Assembly: GCA_026002935.1 (NCBI GenBank)
Contig: BPGH01000001.1
Coordinates: forward strand, 2,629,250 to 2,693,249
Source of the DNA: Acidimicrobiia bacterium
Lineage (GTDB): Bacteria > Actinomycetota > Acidimicrobiia > IMCC26256 > PALSA-610
Direction of reading: 5' to 3'
Length of the DNA: 64,000 nucleotides
The translations under genes and the position numbers were made by a program. Numbering within the stretch: position 1 is the stretch's first letter; every line of letters starts with the position of its first letter. Positions 8,390-16,573 of this stretch are shown in pieces. A model generated the notes under the pieces. It had not been told where the DNA came from, did not search any database, and saw only the letters and a list, made by a program, of their open reading frames with translations.

Positions 8390-9541
8390 ATGGACATCGA
8401 GTTCGGCCCCGACGAGGAGCGCTTCCGCGCCGAGTGCCGCGCGTGGCTCGAGGCCAACGTGCCGCGGCCGCCGCTGCCCAGCGGCGACACCCGAGAGGGG
8501 TTCACCGCGCACCTCGAGTGGGAGCGCACCCTGTACGACGCGCGGTGGGCCGTCGTGTCGTGGCCGCGCGAGTACGGCGGCCGCGAGGCGTCGCTGTGGG
8601 AGTGGCTGATCTTCGAGGAGGAGTACTACCGCGCCGGCGCCCCGCAGCGCGTGACGCAGAACGGCATCTTCCTGCTCGCGCCGACCGTGTTCGAGTTCGG
8701 GACGCAGGAGCAGAAGGACCGGATCCTGCCGAAGATGGCGTCGGGCGAGCAGACCTGGTGCCAGGGCTGGTCGGAGCCGAACGCCGGGAGCGACCTCGCG
8801 GGCATCAGCTCGCGGGCGGTGCGCGACGACGCGGCCGGCGGCTGGCGGCTGACCGGCCAGAAGACCTGGACGACGCGGGGCGCGTTCTGCACCCACCTGT
8901 TCGGGCTGTTCCGCACCGACCCGGCCGCCGAGCGCCACCGCGGCCTGACCTACTTCCTCGTCGACCTCTCGTCGCCCGGCGTGACCGTGCGCGGGGTCGA
9001 GCGCCTCGACGGCGACGAGGGCTTCGCCGAGGTGTTCCTCGACGACGTGTTCGTGCCCGACGCGGACGTGCTGGGCGAGCCGGGCCGGGGCTGGGAGGTC
9101 GCGATGGCGACGACCGGCTCGGAGCGGGGCCTCACGCTGCGCTCCCCCGGCCGGTTCCTGGCGACGGCGCAGCGCCTGGTCGACCTGTACCGCGCCCGCG
9201 CGGCCGCCGCCGACGACGCGTGGCGCGACCGGCTGGTCGACGCGTGGATCGACGCCGAGGCCTACCGCTGGCAGACCTTCGCGACGGTCACGGCGCTCGC
9301 GCAGGGCGGGCGCACCGGACCGGAGTCGAGCATGGTGAAGCTGTTCTGGTCGGAGCTCGACGTGCGGCTCCACGAGCTCGCGCTCGACCTGCTCGGGCCG
9401 GAGGCGGAGCTCGCCGACGGGGAGCTCGCGTCGTGGATGAAGGGCTACCAGTTCGCGCTGGCCGGCCCGATCTACGCCGGCACCAACGAGATCCAGCGCA
9501 ACGTGGTCGCCGAACGAGTGCTCGGGCTCCCGCGGCGATGA
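8390..9541 (+). CDS. acyl-CoA dehydrogenase, large subunit of an adjacent pair
   Basis: ATG 8390 lies within track ORF 8315..9541. Translation: MDIEFGPDEERFRAECRAWL...WCQGWSEPNAGSDLAG...IYAGTNEIQRNVVAERVLGLP. Confidence 0.85.
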   Translation: MDIEFGPDEERFRAECRAWLEANVPRPPLPSGDTREGFTAHLEWERTLYDARWAVVSWPREYGGREASLWEWLIFEEEYYRAGAPQRVTQNGIFLLAPTVFEFGTQEQKDRILPKMASGEQTWCQGWSEPNAGSDLAGISSRAVRDDAAGGWRLTGQKTWTTRGAFCTHLFGLFRTDPAAERHRGLTYFLVDLSSPGVTVRGVERLDGDEGFAEVFLDDVFVPDADVLGEPGRGWEVAMATTGSERGLTLRSPGRFLATAQRLVDLYRARAAAADDAWRDRLVDAWIDAEAYRWQTFATVTALAQGGRTGPESSMVKLFWSELDVRLHELALDLLGPEAELADGELASWMKGYQFALAGPIYAGTNEIQRNVVAERVLGLPRR

Positions 9542-10434
9542 GGTTCGCGTTCACCGCCGACCAGCTCGAGCTGCGCGACGGGCTGCGGGACCTGCTGGCG
9601 AAGGAGTGCTCGCCCGCGCACGTACGTGACGCGTGGGCGAACGCGACCGGGCGGGTGCCCGGGCTGTGGGACCGGCTCGTGGAGGTGGGCGTCGTCGGGA
9701 TGCTCGCGCCGGAGTCCGCGGGCGGGCTGGGCCTCACCTACGCCGACCTCGTGCTGCTGTTGGAGGAGACGGGCCGCCACGCGGTGCCCGAGCCGATCGT
9801 CGAGACCGCGGCGTTCGGCGTCCCGCTGCTCGGACGCGCGGACCTCACCGTCGCGGCCGCGCCCGAGCTCGTCCCGTGGGCGGACACGGCCGACGTCGTG
9901 GTGACCGCGGCCGGGCGGTTCGACCCGGCGACGATCGAGCTCTCCCCGCGGCCGTCGGTCGACGGCGCCCGCCGTCTGTTCGCCGTGCGCGGCCGGGCCG
10001 AGCCGGTCGAGGGTCTGGCCGAGGCGTTCGACCGCGGCACCCTCGGGTTCGCCGCGCAACAGTGCGGGCTCGCCGACCGGATGCTCGAGATGACGGTCGC
10101 GTACGTGAAGGAGCGCCGGCAGTTCGGCGTGCCGGTCGGGTCGTTCCAGGCGGTGAAGCACCACCTCGCGAACGCCCGCGTCGCGCTCGAGTTCGCGCGC
10201 CCGCTCGTGTACCGCGCGGCCGTCACCCTCGACCCGGTGCACGTGTCGATGGCGAAGGCCAAGGCCGACGGCGCCGCCCTGGCCGCCGCACGCGTCGCGC
10301 TCCAGTGCCACGGCGCGATCGGCTACACGACCGAGTACGACCTCCACCTGTACATGAAGCGCGCGTGGGCGCTCGCCCGCAGTTGGGGCGACGCCGCGTG
10401 GCACCGCAGGCGGGTCGGGCGGGCGATCCTCTAG
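9538..10434 (+). CDS. acyl-CoA dehydrogenase, small subunit of an adjacent pair
   Basis: ATG 9538 overlaps the upstream stop (ATGA). These are the last 298 codons of the spurious 2174-aa track ORF. Translation: MRFAFTADQLELRDGLRDLL...VKERRQFGVPVGSFQAVKHHLA...GAIGYTTEYDLHLYMKRAW. Confidence 0.8.
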   Translation: MRFAFTADQLELRDGLRDLLAKECSPAHVRDAWANATGRVPGLWDRLVEVGVVGMLAPESAGGLGLTYADLVLLLEETGRHAVPEPIVETAAFGVPLLGRADLTVAAAPELVPWADTADVVVTAAGRFDPATIELSPRPSVDGARRLFAVRGRAEPVEGLAEAFDRGTLGFAAQQCGLADRMLEMTVAYVKERRQFGVPVGSFQAVKHHLANARVALEFARPLVYRAAVTLDPVHVSMAKAKADGAALAAARVALQCHGAIGYTTEYDLHLYMKRAWALARSWGDAAWHRRRVGRAIL

Positions 10435-10435
10435 C

Positions 10436-11593
10436 GTGGGGACCGTGCCCGAGGCCTACATCGTCGACGCCGTCCGCACCCCGGTCGGCAAGCGGGGCGG
10501 CGGACTGGCCGCCGTCCACCCGGCCGACCTCGGCGCCCACTCGATCCGGGCGCTCGTGGACCGCGTCGGCGTCGACCCCGCGGCCGTCGACGACGTGGTG
10601 TTCGGCTGCGTCGACACGATCGGGCCCCAGGCGGGCGACATCGCCCGCACCTGCTGGCTCGTCGCGGGGCTGCCCGACGAGGTGCCGGGCACGACCGTCG
10701 ACCGCCAGTGCGGCTCGTCGCAGCAGGCCCTGCACTTCGCGGCCCAGGCCGTGATGTCGGGCACGGCCGACCTGGTCGTCGCGGGCGGCGTGCAGCACAT
10801 GAGCGCGATCCCGATCAGCGCCGCGATGCTCGCCGGGCAGCACTACGGCTTCGAGGACCCGTTCCGCGGGTCGCCGGGGTGGCGCGCGCGCTACGGCACC
10901 CAGGAGGTCTCGCAGTTCCGTGCCGCGGAGATGATCGCCGAGAAGTGGGACATCTCCCGCGACGACATGGAGGCGTACGCGGTGGAGTCGCACGAGCGGG
11001 CGCTGCGGGCACGCGCGGAGGGCCGCTTCGACCGCGAGATCGTGCCGCTCGCCGGGCTGGACCACGACGAGGGCCCGCGCGAGCCGGACCTCGACAAGAT
11101 CCGCTCGCTGCCGCCGCTCGTCGAGGGCGGGCGCCTCACCGCGGCCGTGTCGTCGCAGATCTCCGACGCGTCCGCCGCGATGCTCGTCGCCAGCGAGGCC
11201 GCGTTGCGGACCCATGGGCTGCGGCCGCGGGCGCGCATCCACCATCTCTCGGTGCGCGGTGCGGACCCCGTGTGGATGCTCACCGCGCCGATCCCCGCCA
11301 CCGCGCACGCGCTCGCCCGCGCCGGCATGCGGCTCGACGACATCGACCTCGTCGAGATCAACGAGGCGTTCGCGTCGGTCGTGCTCGCCTGGCAGAAGGA
11401 GACCGGCGCCGACCTCGCGCGCGTCAACGTCAACGGCGGCGCGATCGCGCTGGGCCACCCGCTCGGGGCGACCGGCGCGCGGCTGATGACGACCCTGCTG
11501 CACGAGCTCGAGCGCACGGGCGGCCGGTACGGGCTCCAGACGATGTGCGAGGGCGGCGGCCAGGCGAACGTCACGATCGTCGAGCGCCTGTAG
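10436..11593 (+). CDS. acetyl-CoA C-acyltransferase (classic thiolase, FadA-like)
   Basis: Track ORF of 385 aa. Translation: AYIVDAVRTPVGKRGG...VDRQCGSSQQAL...NVNGGAIALGHPLGATGARL...CEGGGQA. Confidence 0.9.
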   Translation: MGTVPEAYIVDAVRTPVGKRGGGLAAVHPADLGAHSIRALVDRVGVDPAAVDDVVFGCVDTIGPQAGDIARTCWLVAGLPDEVPGTTVDRQCGSSQQALHFAAQAVMSGTADLVVAGGVQHMSAIPISAAMLAGQHYGFEDPFRGSPGWRARYGTQEVSQFRAAEMIAEKWDISRDDMEAYAVESHERALRARAEGRFDREIVPLAGLDHDEGPREPDLDKIRSLPPLVEGGRLTAAVSSQISDASAAMLVASEAALRTHGLRPRARIHHLSVRGADPVWMLTAPIPATAHALARAGMRLDDIDLVEINEAFASVVLAWQKETGADLARVNVNGGAIALGHPLGATGARLMTTLLHELERTGGRYGLQTMCEGGGQANVTIVERL

Positions 11594-11623
11594 CCCGCAC
11601 CGCGCCGCGGGCGACGCGCCCCG

Positions 11624-12379
11624 TCACGCGTACGTGCGGACGAGCTCGAGCACCGCGGCGGCGTCGGGCCCCTCGCCCACCAGCGCGGTCCGCGCCGGGT
11701 CGACCCGGCGGGCGGCCACCCGGCACAGCTCGAACGCGTCGCCCCGGATCGTCGTGCGGGCGGGCCCGTCGGGGTGCCACGCCCAACGCTCGCCCCCCGG
11801 CCCGGTGAGCTCGAACGCGACCGGTCCGGGCGGCCGGCGGCCCGCGCGGGCGAACGCGTACGGGATGGTGCGCCAGGCGAGGCGGGCGACGTGGTGCAGC
11901 CGCCGCGAGGGGGCGAGTGGCCGGCCGAGCGCCTCGGCGACGTCGCACGTGTGGATCCACGTCTCGGCCAGGCGGGTCGTCGCGAGCGTGCGAGCGGTGA
12001 GGACGCCCGCGACCCAGCGCACCCGGGCCGCGGGGTCGCGGCCGCGCAGGGCGGCGCGCAGCGCCCCCGCCGCGCGGCGCCACCGGTCGTGGATCGCCGC
12101 CGGCCCCGCGGCCCGGTCCCGGGCCACCATCCGCCCGGCGGCCTCGTCCACGTCGCGGACGGCGCCGAGCCCGGCGGTCAGCCGGGCGAGCTCCTCCGGG
12201 AACCGGCCACTCGCGCTGGCGGCCGCGAGCTCGTCGGTCTGCGCGAGGTGGAGCACGACGTCGGCGACGGCCCAGCCCGGGCACGGCGTCGGCCGCTCCC
12301 ACCCGTCGGCACCCAGCCCGGTCACGAGATCGGCGAGCTCGCGCTGTTGCGCCGCGAGGTCGCGCACGATCTCCTCCAC
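11624..12379 (-). CDS. mycothiol-dependent maleylpyruvate isomerase / DinB-like family protein
   Basis: Track ORF of 251 aa. The N-terminal segment LAAQQRELADLVTGLGADGWERPTPCPGWAVADVVLHL is typical of the family. Confidence 0.65.
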   Translation of the reverse strand: MEEIVRDLAAQQRELADLVTGLGADGWERPTPCPGWAVADVVLHLAQTDELAAASASGRFPEELARLTAGLGAVRDVDEAAGRMVARDRAAGPAAIHDRWRRAAGALRAALRGRDPAARVRWVAGVLTARTLATTRLAETWIHTCDVAEALGRPLAPSRRLHHVARLAWRTIPYAFARAGRRPPGPVAFELTGPGGERWAWHPDGPARTTIRGDAFELCRVAARRVDPARTALVGEGPDAAAVLELVRTYA

Positions 12380-12417
12380 GGCCCGACCCTACGCCGTGCG
12401 TCGTATCGTGGGCCGCG

Positions 12418-12882
12418 ATGCCGTGGCGCCACGCCGCCGCCGATGCCGCGCTGAAGGCGATGAACGCCGTGCACCGCGCCGTGCTCCGGGTCTCGGGCGG
12501 GCGCCTGCTCGCCCGGCCGTTCGGGATGCCGGCCGTGGAGCTGCACACCGTCGGCCGCCGCACCGGGCGGCCCCGGGTGACGATGCTGACCGCGCCGGTC
12601 CACGACGCGTCGCGCGTCGTGCTGGTCGCGTCGAAGGGCGGGGACGACCGCCATCCGGAGTGGTACCTGAACCTCGTGGCGAACCCCGATGTGGAGCTCA
12701 CGATCGACGGCGTACGGCGGCCGATGCGGGCCCGCACCGCGACGGCGCAGGAGAAGGCCGAGCTCTGGCCGCAGGTGACGGCCCGCTACCGGGGCTACGC
12801 CGCGTACCAGCGCCGCACCGACCGGGACATCCCGCTGGTCGTCTGCGAGCCGCGCGACCCCCCGGGCCCGAGGTCATCGTGA
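12418..12882 (+). CDS. deazaflavin (F420)-dependent nitroreductase family protein (Ddn-like)
   Basis: Track ORF of 154 aa. Translation: VELHTVGRRTGRPRVTMLT...ASKGGDDRHPEWYLNLVANP...ELWPQVTARYRGYAAYQRRTDRDIPLV. Confidence 0.75.
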   Translation: MPWRHAAADAALKAMNAVHRAVLRVSGGRLLARPFGMPAVELHTVGRRTGRPRVTMLTAPVHDASRVVLVASKGGDDRHPEWYLNLVANPDVELTIDGVRRPMRARTATAQEKAELWPQVTARYRGYAAYQRRTDRDIPLVVCEPRDPPGPRSS

Positions 12883-13272
12883 GAGCAGCTCGACCCGGGC
12901 ATCATGGCCCGGCGCGGTCGCGAGCTTCCCGTCGAACGTGAGCAGCGGTGCGTCGAGCACCTCCGCGAGCGTCAGATACGCCGCGTCGTAGGCGGTCACG
13001 TTCTCCCGCAATTCCCAGATCCGGCCCAGGAACGGCTCGTGGGCGTAATGCGCGATGTCGAGGCCGGCGAGGTCCTCGAGCGCTGCGACCGCGACCTCGG
13101 CGGTGACGGATCGGCTGGCGACGTAGCGGCGGAGCACCTGGGCGACCTCGACGGCGAGCAGGTGCGGCGCGTGCAACGACTCGCTCGGGTCCGCGATGCG
13201 CGCCCGCACGAGCTCACCCCCCTCGGTGTTCAGCAACAGCTCGAGCGCCGCCGACGCGTCGAGGACGATCAC
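12874..13272 (-). CDS. vapC: VapC-type PIN-domain toxin
   Basis: GTG 13272 overlaps the vapB stop (GTGA). These are the last 132 codons of composite track ORF 12874..14277. Translation: VIVLDASAALELLL...EVAQVL...AYDAAYLTLAE...LLTFDGKL, carrying the PIN acidic residues. Confidence 0.8.
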   Translation of the reverse strand: MIVLDASAALELLLNTEGGELVRARIADPSESLHAPHLLAVEVAQVLRRYVASRSVTAEVAVAALEDLAGLDIAHYAHEPFLGRIWELRENVTAYDAAYLTLAEVLDAPLLTFDGKLATAPGHDARVELLSR

Positions 13273-13496
13273 CGCGAATCGCGCTCGGCGCGGATGGCAG
13301 CGGCCGGGGTGCGTCGCAGGCGGGGCCTCGGTCGCGCAGCGATCCGGGCGAGGATCTCGTCTCGCGTGGGACGCTCCGCCGCCCGCCGGAGCTCGGCGAG
13401 CGCGTACTCGGAGAGCGACATGCCGGCCAGTGCCGCTCGCGCCTTCAACGTCCGGTGGACGTCGTCGGGCACGTTCCTGATCTGGAGCAGCTTCAT
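13269..13496 (-). CDS. vapB: VapB-type ribbon-helix-helix antitoxin
   Basis: Track ORF of 75 aa. Translation: MKLLQIRNVPDDVHRTLKARAALAGMSLSEYALAELRR. It sits immediately upstream of and overlaps the PIN gene. Confidence 0.8.
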   Translation of the reverse strand: MKLLQIRNVPDDVHRTLKARAALAGMSLSEYALAELRRAAERPTRDEILARIAARPRPRLRRTPAAAIRAERDSR

Positions 13497-13509
13497 GCAT
13501 CGAGTCTAA

Positions 13510-13519
13510 TTGCATGCAA
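13510..13519. promoter_or_regulatory. perfect palindrome TTGCATGCAA upstream of vapB (candidate autoregulatory operator)
   Basis: Read directly. It lies in a locally AT-richer 24-bp gap, 14 nt upstream of the vapB ATG. Confidence 0.35.
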
Positions 13520-13520
13520 C

Positions 13521-14277
13521 TCACAACTGCTGCGCGATCCGATCGGCCGGACCGGCTCGCAGTCGCGCGAGGCGGCGGGCGCCGAGGGCGAGGAGCACGG
13601 GGCCGCCCACGAGCAGCTTGAGCGCGACGATCGCCAGGGTGATGTCGCGCCCGGCGGTCGGCTCGTCGGCGACGACGTCGGTCGGGTCGTCGGGGTCGTA
13701 GCGGATCGCGACGGTCCTCGCCGCCGTCCGTGCGCCCGACCGGATCGGGCTCGGGGACGCGTACGCGCCGCCCGTCGGCGGTCGTGAACTCGACCGTGCC
13801 CGCCTCGTCGCCCACGCGGGTGGCCACGACCGCGACGGTCGCGGCGCGCGTCGCGGCGGCGTCCACGTGGAGGCGCCACGTCGCGAAGCCCACGGCGACG
13901 CCGAGCAGCGTCGTCACGATCCCCGCCGCGACCGACGCGACCGCCCAGCGCCGCGTGAACACGAACGGCCGGGCCGCCGCCCGCGACCGCGCCGGCACGC
14001 GCCCGCCGGGACCGGGACGGCGGTCCGTCGCGGGGGCCGGGCCCGCGTCGCGCACGCGGTCGTAGTCGCGACGGGTACGGGGGTCGCCGAGCACCGCGTA
14101 GGCCGCGGCCACCTCCTTGAACCGCTCGTCGTCGCCCCCGCCGGCATCGGGGTGCAGCGCCTTCGCGAGGCTGCGGTAGGCGCGGGCGATCTCGTCCGCG
14201 GGCGCGCCCGGCGGGACGCCCAGCACCGCGTAGTAGTCCACCTCGGCCCAGTCGCGCACGCGCGCGCTCGACGCCAC
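13521..14277 (-). pseudogene. J-domain (DnaJ-like) membrane protein with DUF3592-like C-terminus, reading frame broken by +1 nt near 13712-13720
   Basis: The N-terminal frame reads MASSARVRDWAEVDYYAVLGVPPGAPADEIARAYRSLAKALHPD, then a TM segment, then TVEFTTADGRRVRVPEP. After about 13715 only the next frame is protein-like: (V)AIRYDPDDPTDVVADEPTAGRDITLAIVALKLLVGGPVLLALGARRLARL...QQL, ending at a stop (complement of 13521-13523). The span is 757 nt, which is 3n+1. Confidence 0.55.
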
Positions 14278-14303
14278 GGGCAGAAGTTACCGACCGGCGG
14301 CAG

Positions 14304-14576
14304 GTGGTGCTGCTGCTCGCCAGCCGGCCGCACCGCGCCGGGGAGCTCGCGCGCGCGACCGGCGAGTCCCCGCCGGCGATGAGCCGCCACCTGCGGATCC
14401 TGCGCGGGTCGGGCATCGTCACCGACGAGCGCGTGCCCGACGACGCGCGGGTCCGGCTCTTCCGGTTGCGCCCCGAGTCGCTGGCCGCCGTGCAGGCGTA
14501 CCTCGACCAGCTGCAGGCCGAGTGGCGCACCCAACTGCGCTCGTTCGAGCGTCACGTCGAGAGGAGGCAGCGATGA
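14304..14576 (+). CDS. ArsR/SmtB-family HTH regulator
   Basis: Track ORF of 90 aa (GTG start). Translation: LLLASRPHRAGELARATGESPPAMSRHLRILRGSGIV. The in-frame upstream codons (..TDRRQ) still look ArsR-like, but I saw no ATG, GTG or TTG upstream, so the N-terminus is uncertain. Confidence 0.7.
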   Translation: MVLLLASRPHRAGELARATGESPPAMSRHLRILRGSGIVTDERVPDDARVRLFRLRPESLAAVQAYLDQLQAEWRTQLRSFERHVERRQR

Positions 14577-15412
14577 GCCCCACGGAGCCGCACCGCGTGA
14601 CCGAGTCCGTCGAGGTCCCCGTCGACCCGCCCGGTGCGTTCGCGGCGTTCACCGACGAGTTCGACGAGTGGTGGGGCCACGGCCCGATCGACAGCTACGC
14701 GAGCTAGAGGCTCGTCGGGCGCCGCTTCGAGGGGCACGTGGGCGGGCGGCTCCTCGAGGACCACGGGGACGCGGTGCGCGTGATCGGCACCGTCACGGCG
14801 TGGGAGCCGGGCGCACGCGTCGCGTGGACGACGCCCGACGGTGTGACGATCGAGGTCGTCTTCGAGCCGCACGGGTCGGGCACGCGCGTCCGCGTGACCG
14901 GCACCGTTCCCGCCGGCGTCGAGGGGACCGCGGACCTGTCGGCGGTCCGCATGACGCCGCGCCGGTTCCCGCGGCACCTCGAGCGCCGGGCCCGGGACGT
15001 CGGCGTGCCGCCCTACGGCCGGCTGCACCTGGCGCTGCGCTCCCCCACCCCGGCGGCGACGGCGCGCTGGCTGACGGAGGCGTTCGGGCTCGAACCGACC
15101 GCCGGCGTCCCGGCCGAGGAGAGCGACCCCGACCACAGCTGGATCGAACTGCGGGCGGGCACGAGCTTCGTGGTGCTGTTGGGGGGCGACGCCACCGTCG
15201 GCACCGACTCGCCCTTCGTCTTCGTCGACGACCTCGACGCGCACCTGCGGCGCGCGCGGGCCGCGGGCGCGCAGATCGTCGAGCCGGTGCACGAGCACGG
15301 ATACCGTGCCTACACGGCCGCCGACTGCGAGGGCCGGCGGTGGGTCTTCGCCCAGAGCGGGCCCCGCATAGGGCGGGAGCCGGATCCGGTCGCGGCCGGC
15401 GCCGCCCGCTGA
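14573..15412 (+). pseudogene. SRPBCC (AHSA1-like)-glyoxalase/VOC fusion interrupted by in-frame TAG at 14705-14707
   Basis: ATG 14573 follows a GAGGAGG RBS and overlaps the ArsR stop (ATGA). Track ORFs 14522..14707 and 14738..15412 are in the same frame and are separated only by the TAG: ...WWGHGPIDSYAS*RLVGRRFEGHVGGRLLEDHG... The C-terminal half is VOC-like (SWIELRAG..FVFVDDLDAHL..). Confidence 0.6.
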
Positions 15413-15414
15413 GC

Positions 15415-15585
15415 TCAGTCGTCCTTGAGCGCGACCGCGTTCGGCGTGACGTTCATCTTCGGTTCGTAGGTGGCGTCGACGGTGCGCGTGGCGCCGCGCA
15501 CCGTCGCCCGGAGCTCGGCGACGCAGTCGGGGCAGGGCCCCGCGAACCGCACGAGCGCGGGTCGGCCGCACCGCAGGCACGGCAT
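15415..15585 (-). CDS. small CxxC...CxxC zinc-ribbon protein (56 aa), hypothetical
   Basis: Translation: MPCLRCGRPALVRFAGPCPDCVAELRATVRGATRTVDATYEPKMNVTPNAVALKDD. Codon third positions are almost all G/C, as in genuine genes here. It is hidden at the end of composite track ORF 15415..17112. Confidence 0.45.
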   Translation of the reverse strand: MPCLRCGRPALVRFAGPCPDCVAELRATVRGATRTVDATYEPKMNVTPNAVALKDD

Positions 15586-15647
15586 CTCCTGGGCGGGGAA
15601 GTCGTCGGGGGTCGATCCGGATGAGTCCGATCGGCATCGGCCGGATG

Positions 15648-16555
15648 CTAGGCGCCCAGCCCGGGCGCGGTGGCGGACCGTCGGCGCGCGGCCACGCCGC
15701 CCGGCGGCGCACCGAACGCCTGCACCAGCCCGGCGTAGCGGTCGAGCACCGGCAGCACCCGCTCGCGGTCCGCGCCGGGCACGCGCAGGACGATCTCCTC
15801 GACCCCGAACGACGCGTAGTACTCGACCTTGCCCGCGTCGGGGACCGTGCCGAACGGGACGATCCGCAGCGTCGGCGGCGTCGCGACCCACCTCGTCGCA
15901 CGCCCGCCGCAGGTCGTCGAGCGCGGCGCGCACCCCGGCGCCGCCGATCGGGATCCAGCCGTCCGCGTACTCGGCGACGTGCCGGAACAGCGTCCGGCCG
16001 GGACCGCCGCCGATCAGCACGGGCGGGCCCCCCGGCCGCGCCGGCTTCGGCCACGACCACGACGGGCCGAAGTCGACGAAGCGCCCGTGGAACTCGGCGA
16101 CCTCGTCGCGCCACAGCGCCCGCATCGCGAGCACGTGCTCACGCGTCCGCTCGCGGCGCGTCGCCATCTCGACGCCGTGGTGCGCCGCCTCGTCCTCGTT
16201 CCAGCCGAAGCCGACGCCGAGCACGAAGCGCCCGCCCGAGGCGCGGTCGAGCGTCGCGATCGCCTTGGCCGTCACGATGGGCTCGCGCTGGGCCACGAGG
16301 CACACGCCGGTGCCGAGCGTGATCCGCTCGGTGACCGCGGCGGCGGTCGCGAGCGCGACGAGCGGGGTCGAGCGTCCGCTTGTACTCCTCGCGGAGCTCG
16401 GCGTCGCCCGTGGGCGGCGGCGTGCGGCGGCTCGTCGGGATGTGCGTGTGCTCGGGCAGGTAGAGGGACACGAGGCCGCGTGCCTCGGCCTCGCGAGCGA
16501 GGTCCGCGACGTCCATCGTGAGGTCCGTCGCGAACATCGTGATCCCGAAACGCAT
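15648..16555 (-). pseudogene. LLM-class F420-dependent oxidoreductase with two +1 frame disruptions (near 16364-16367 and near 15879)
   Basis: Frame A reads MRFGITMFATDL...LPEHTHIPTSRR...EEYKRTLDP. Frame B reads LVALATAAAVTERITLGTGVCLVAQREPI...GGRFVLGVGFGWNEDE...GWIPIGGAGV...DEVGRD. Frame C reads PPTLRIVPFGTVPDAGKVEYYASFGVEEIVLRVPG...VLDRYAGLV, ending at a TAG (complement of 15648-15650). The pieces join without a gap. The span is 908 nt, which is 3n+2. Confidence 0.7.
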
Positions 16556-16573
16556 CTGGCTAGGGTAACCGCC

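Noticed and set aside
3910-10434. A 2174-aa ORF, the longest in the track.
   Set aside because: It spans genes that are clearly real on both strands (Ltp, GGDEF-EAL, DJ-1, ACAD). Most of its translation is Arg/Pro/Gly/Asp-rich low-complexity text typical of off-frame reading in very GC-rich DNA. Only its last 298 codons (9538-10434) are a genuine ACAD subunit.
12874-13496. The vapBC pair as part of a mobile element or genomic island.
   Set aside because: I saw no integrase, transposase, tRNA target, flanking direct repeats or clear compositional break beyond the short AT-richer promoter patch.
12874-14277. Track ORFs that look like single long proteins: 12874-14277, 15415-17112, 15470-19132, 35770-39384, 41377-45297, 51827-53533 and 57476-59041.
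   Set aside because: Each is a read-through concatenation of two or more real genes, or a gene plus upstream non-coding DNA, made possible by the scarcity of stop codons. I split them using internal start codons, 4-nt overlaps and domain boundaries.
14223-14303. A longer ArsR N-terminus overlapping the divergent J-domain gene start (the in-frame text ..AEVTDRRQ looks ArsR-like).
   Set aside because: I found no ATG, GTG or TTG in that frame between about 14223 and 14304, so the 90-aa product from GTG 14304 is retained. A further indel cannot be excluded.
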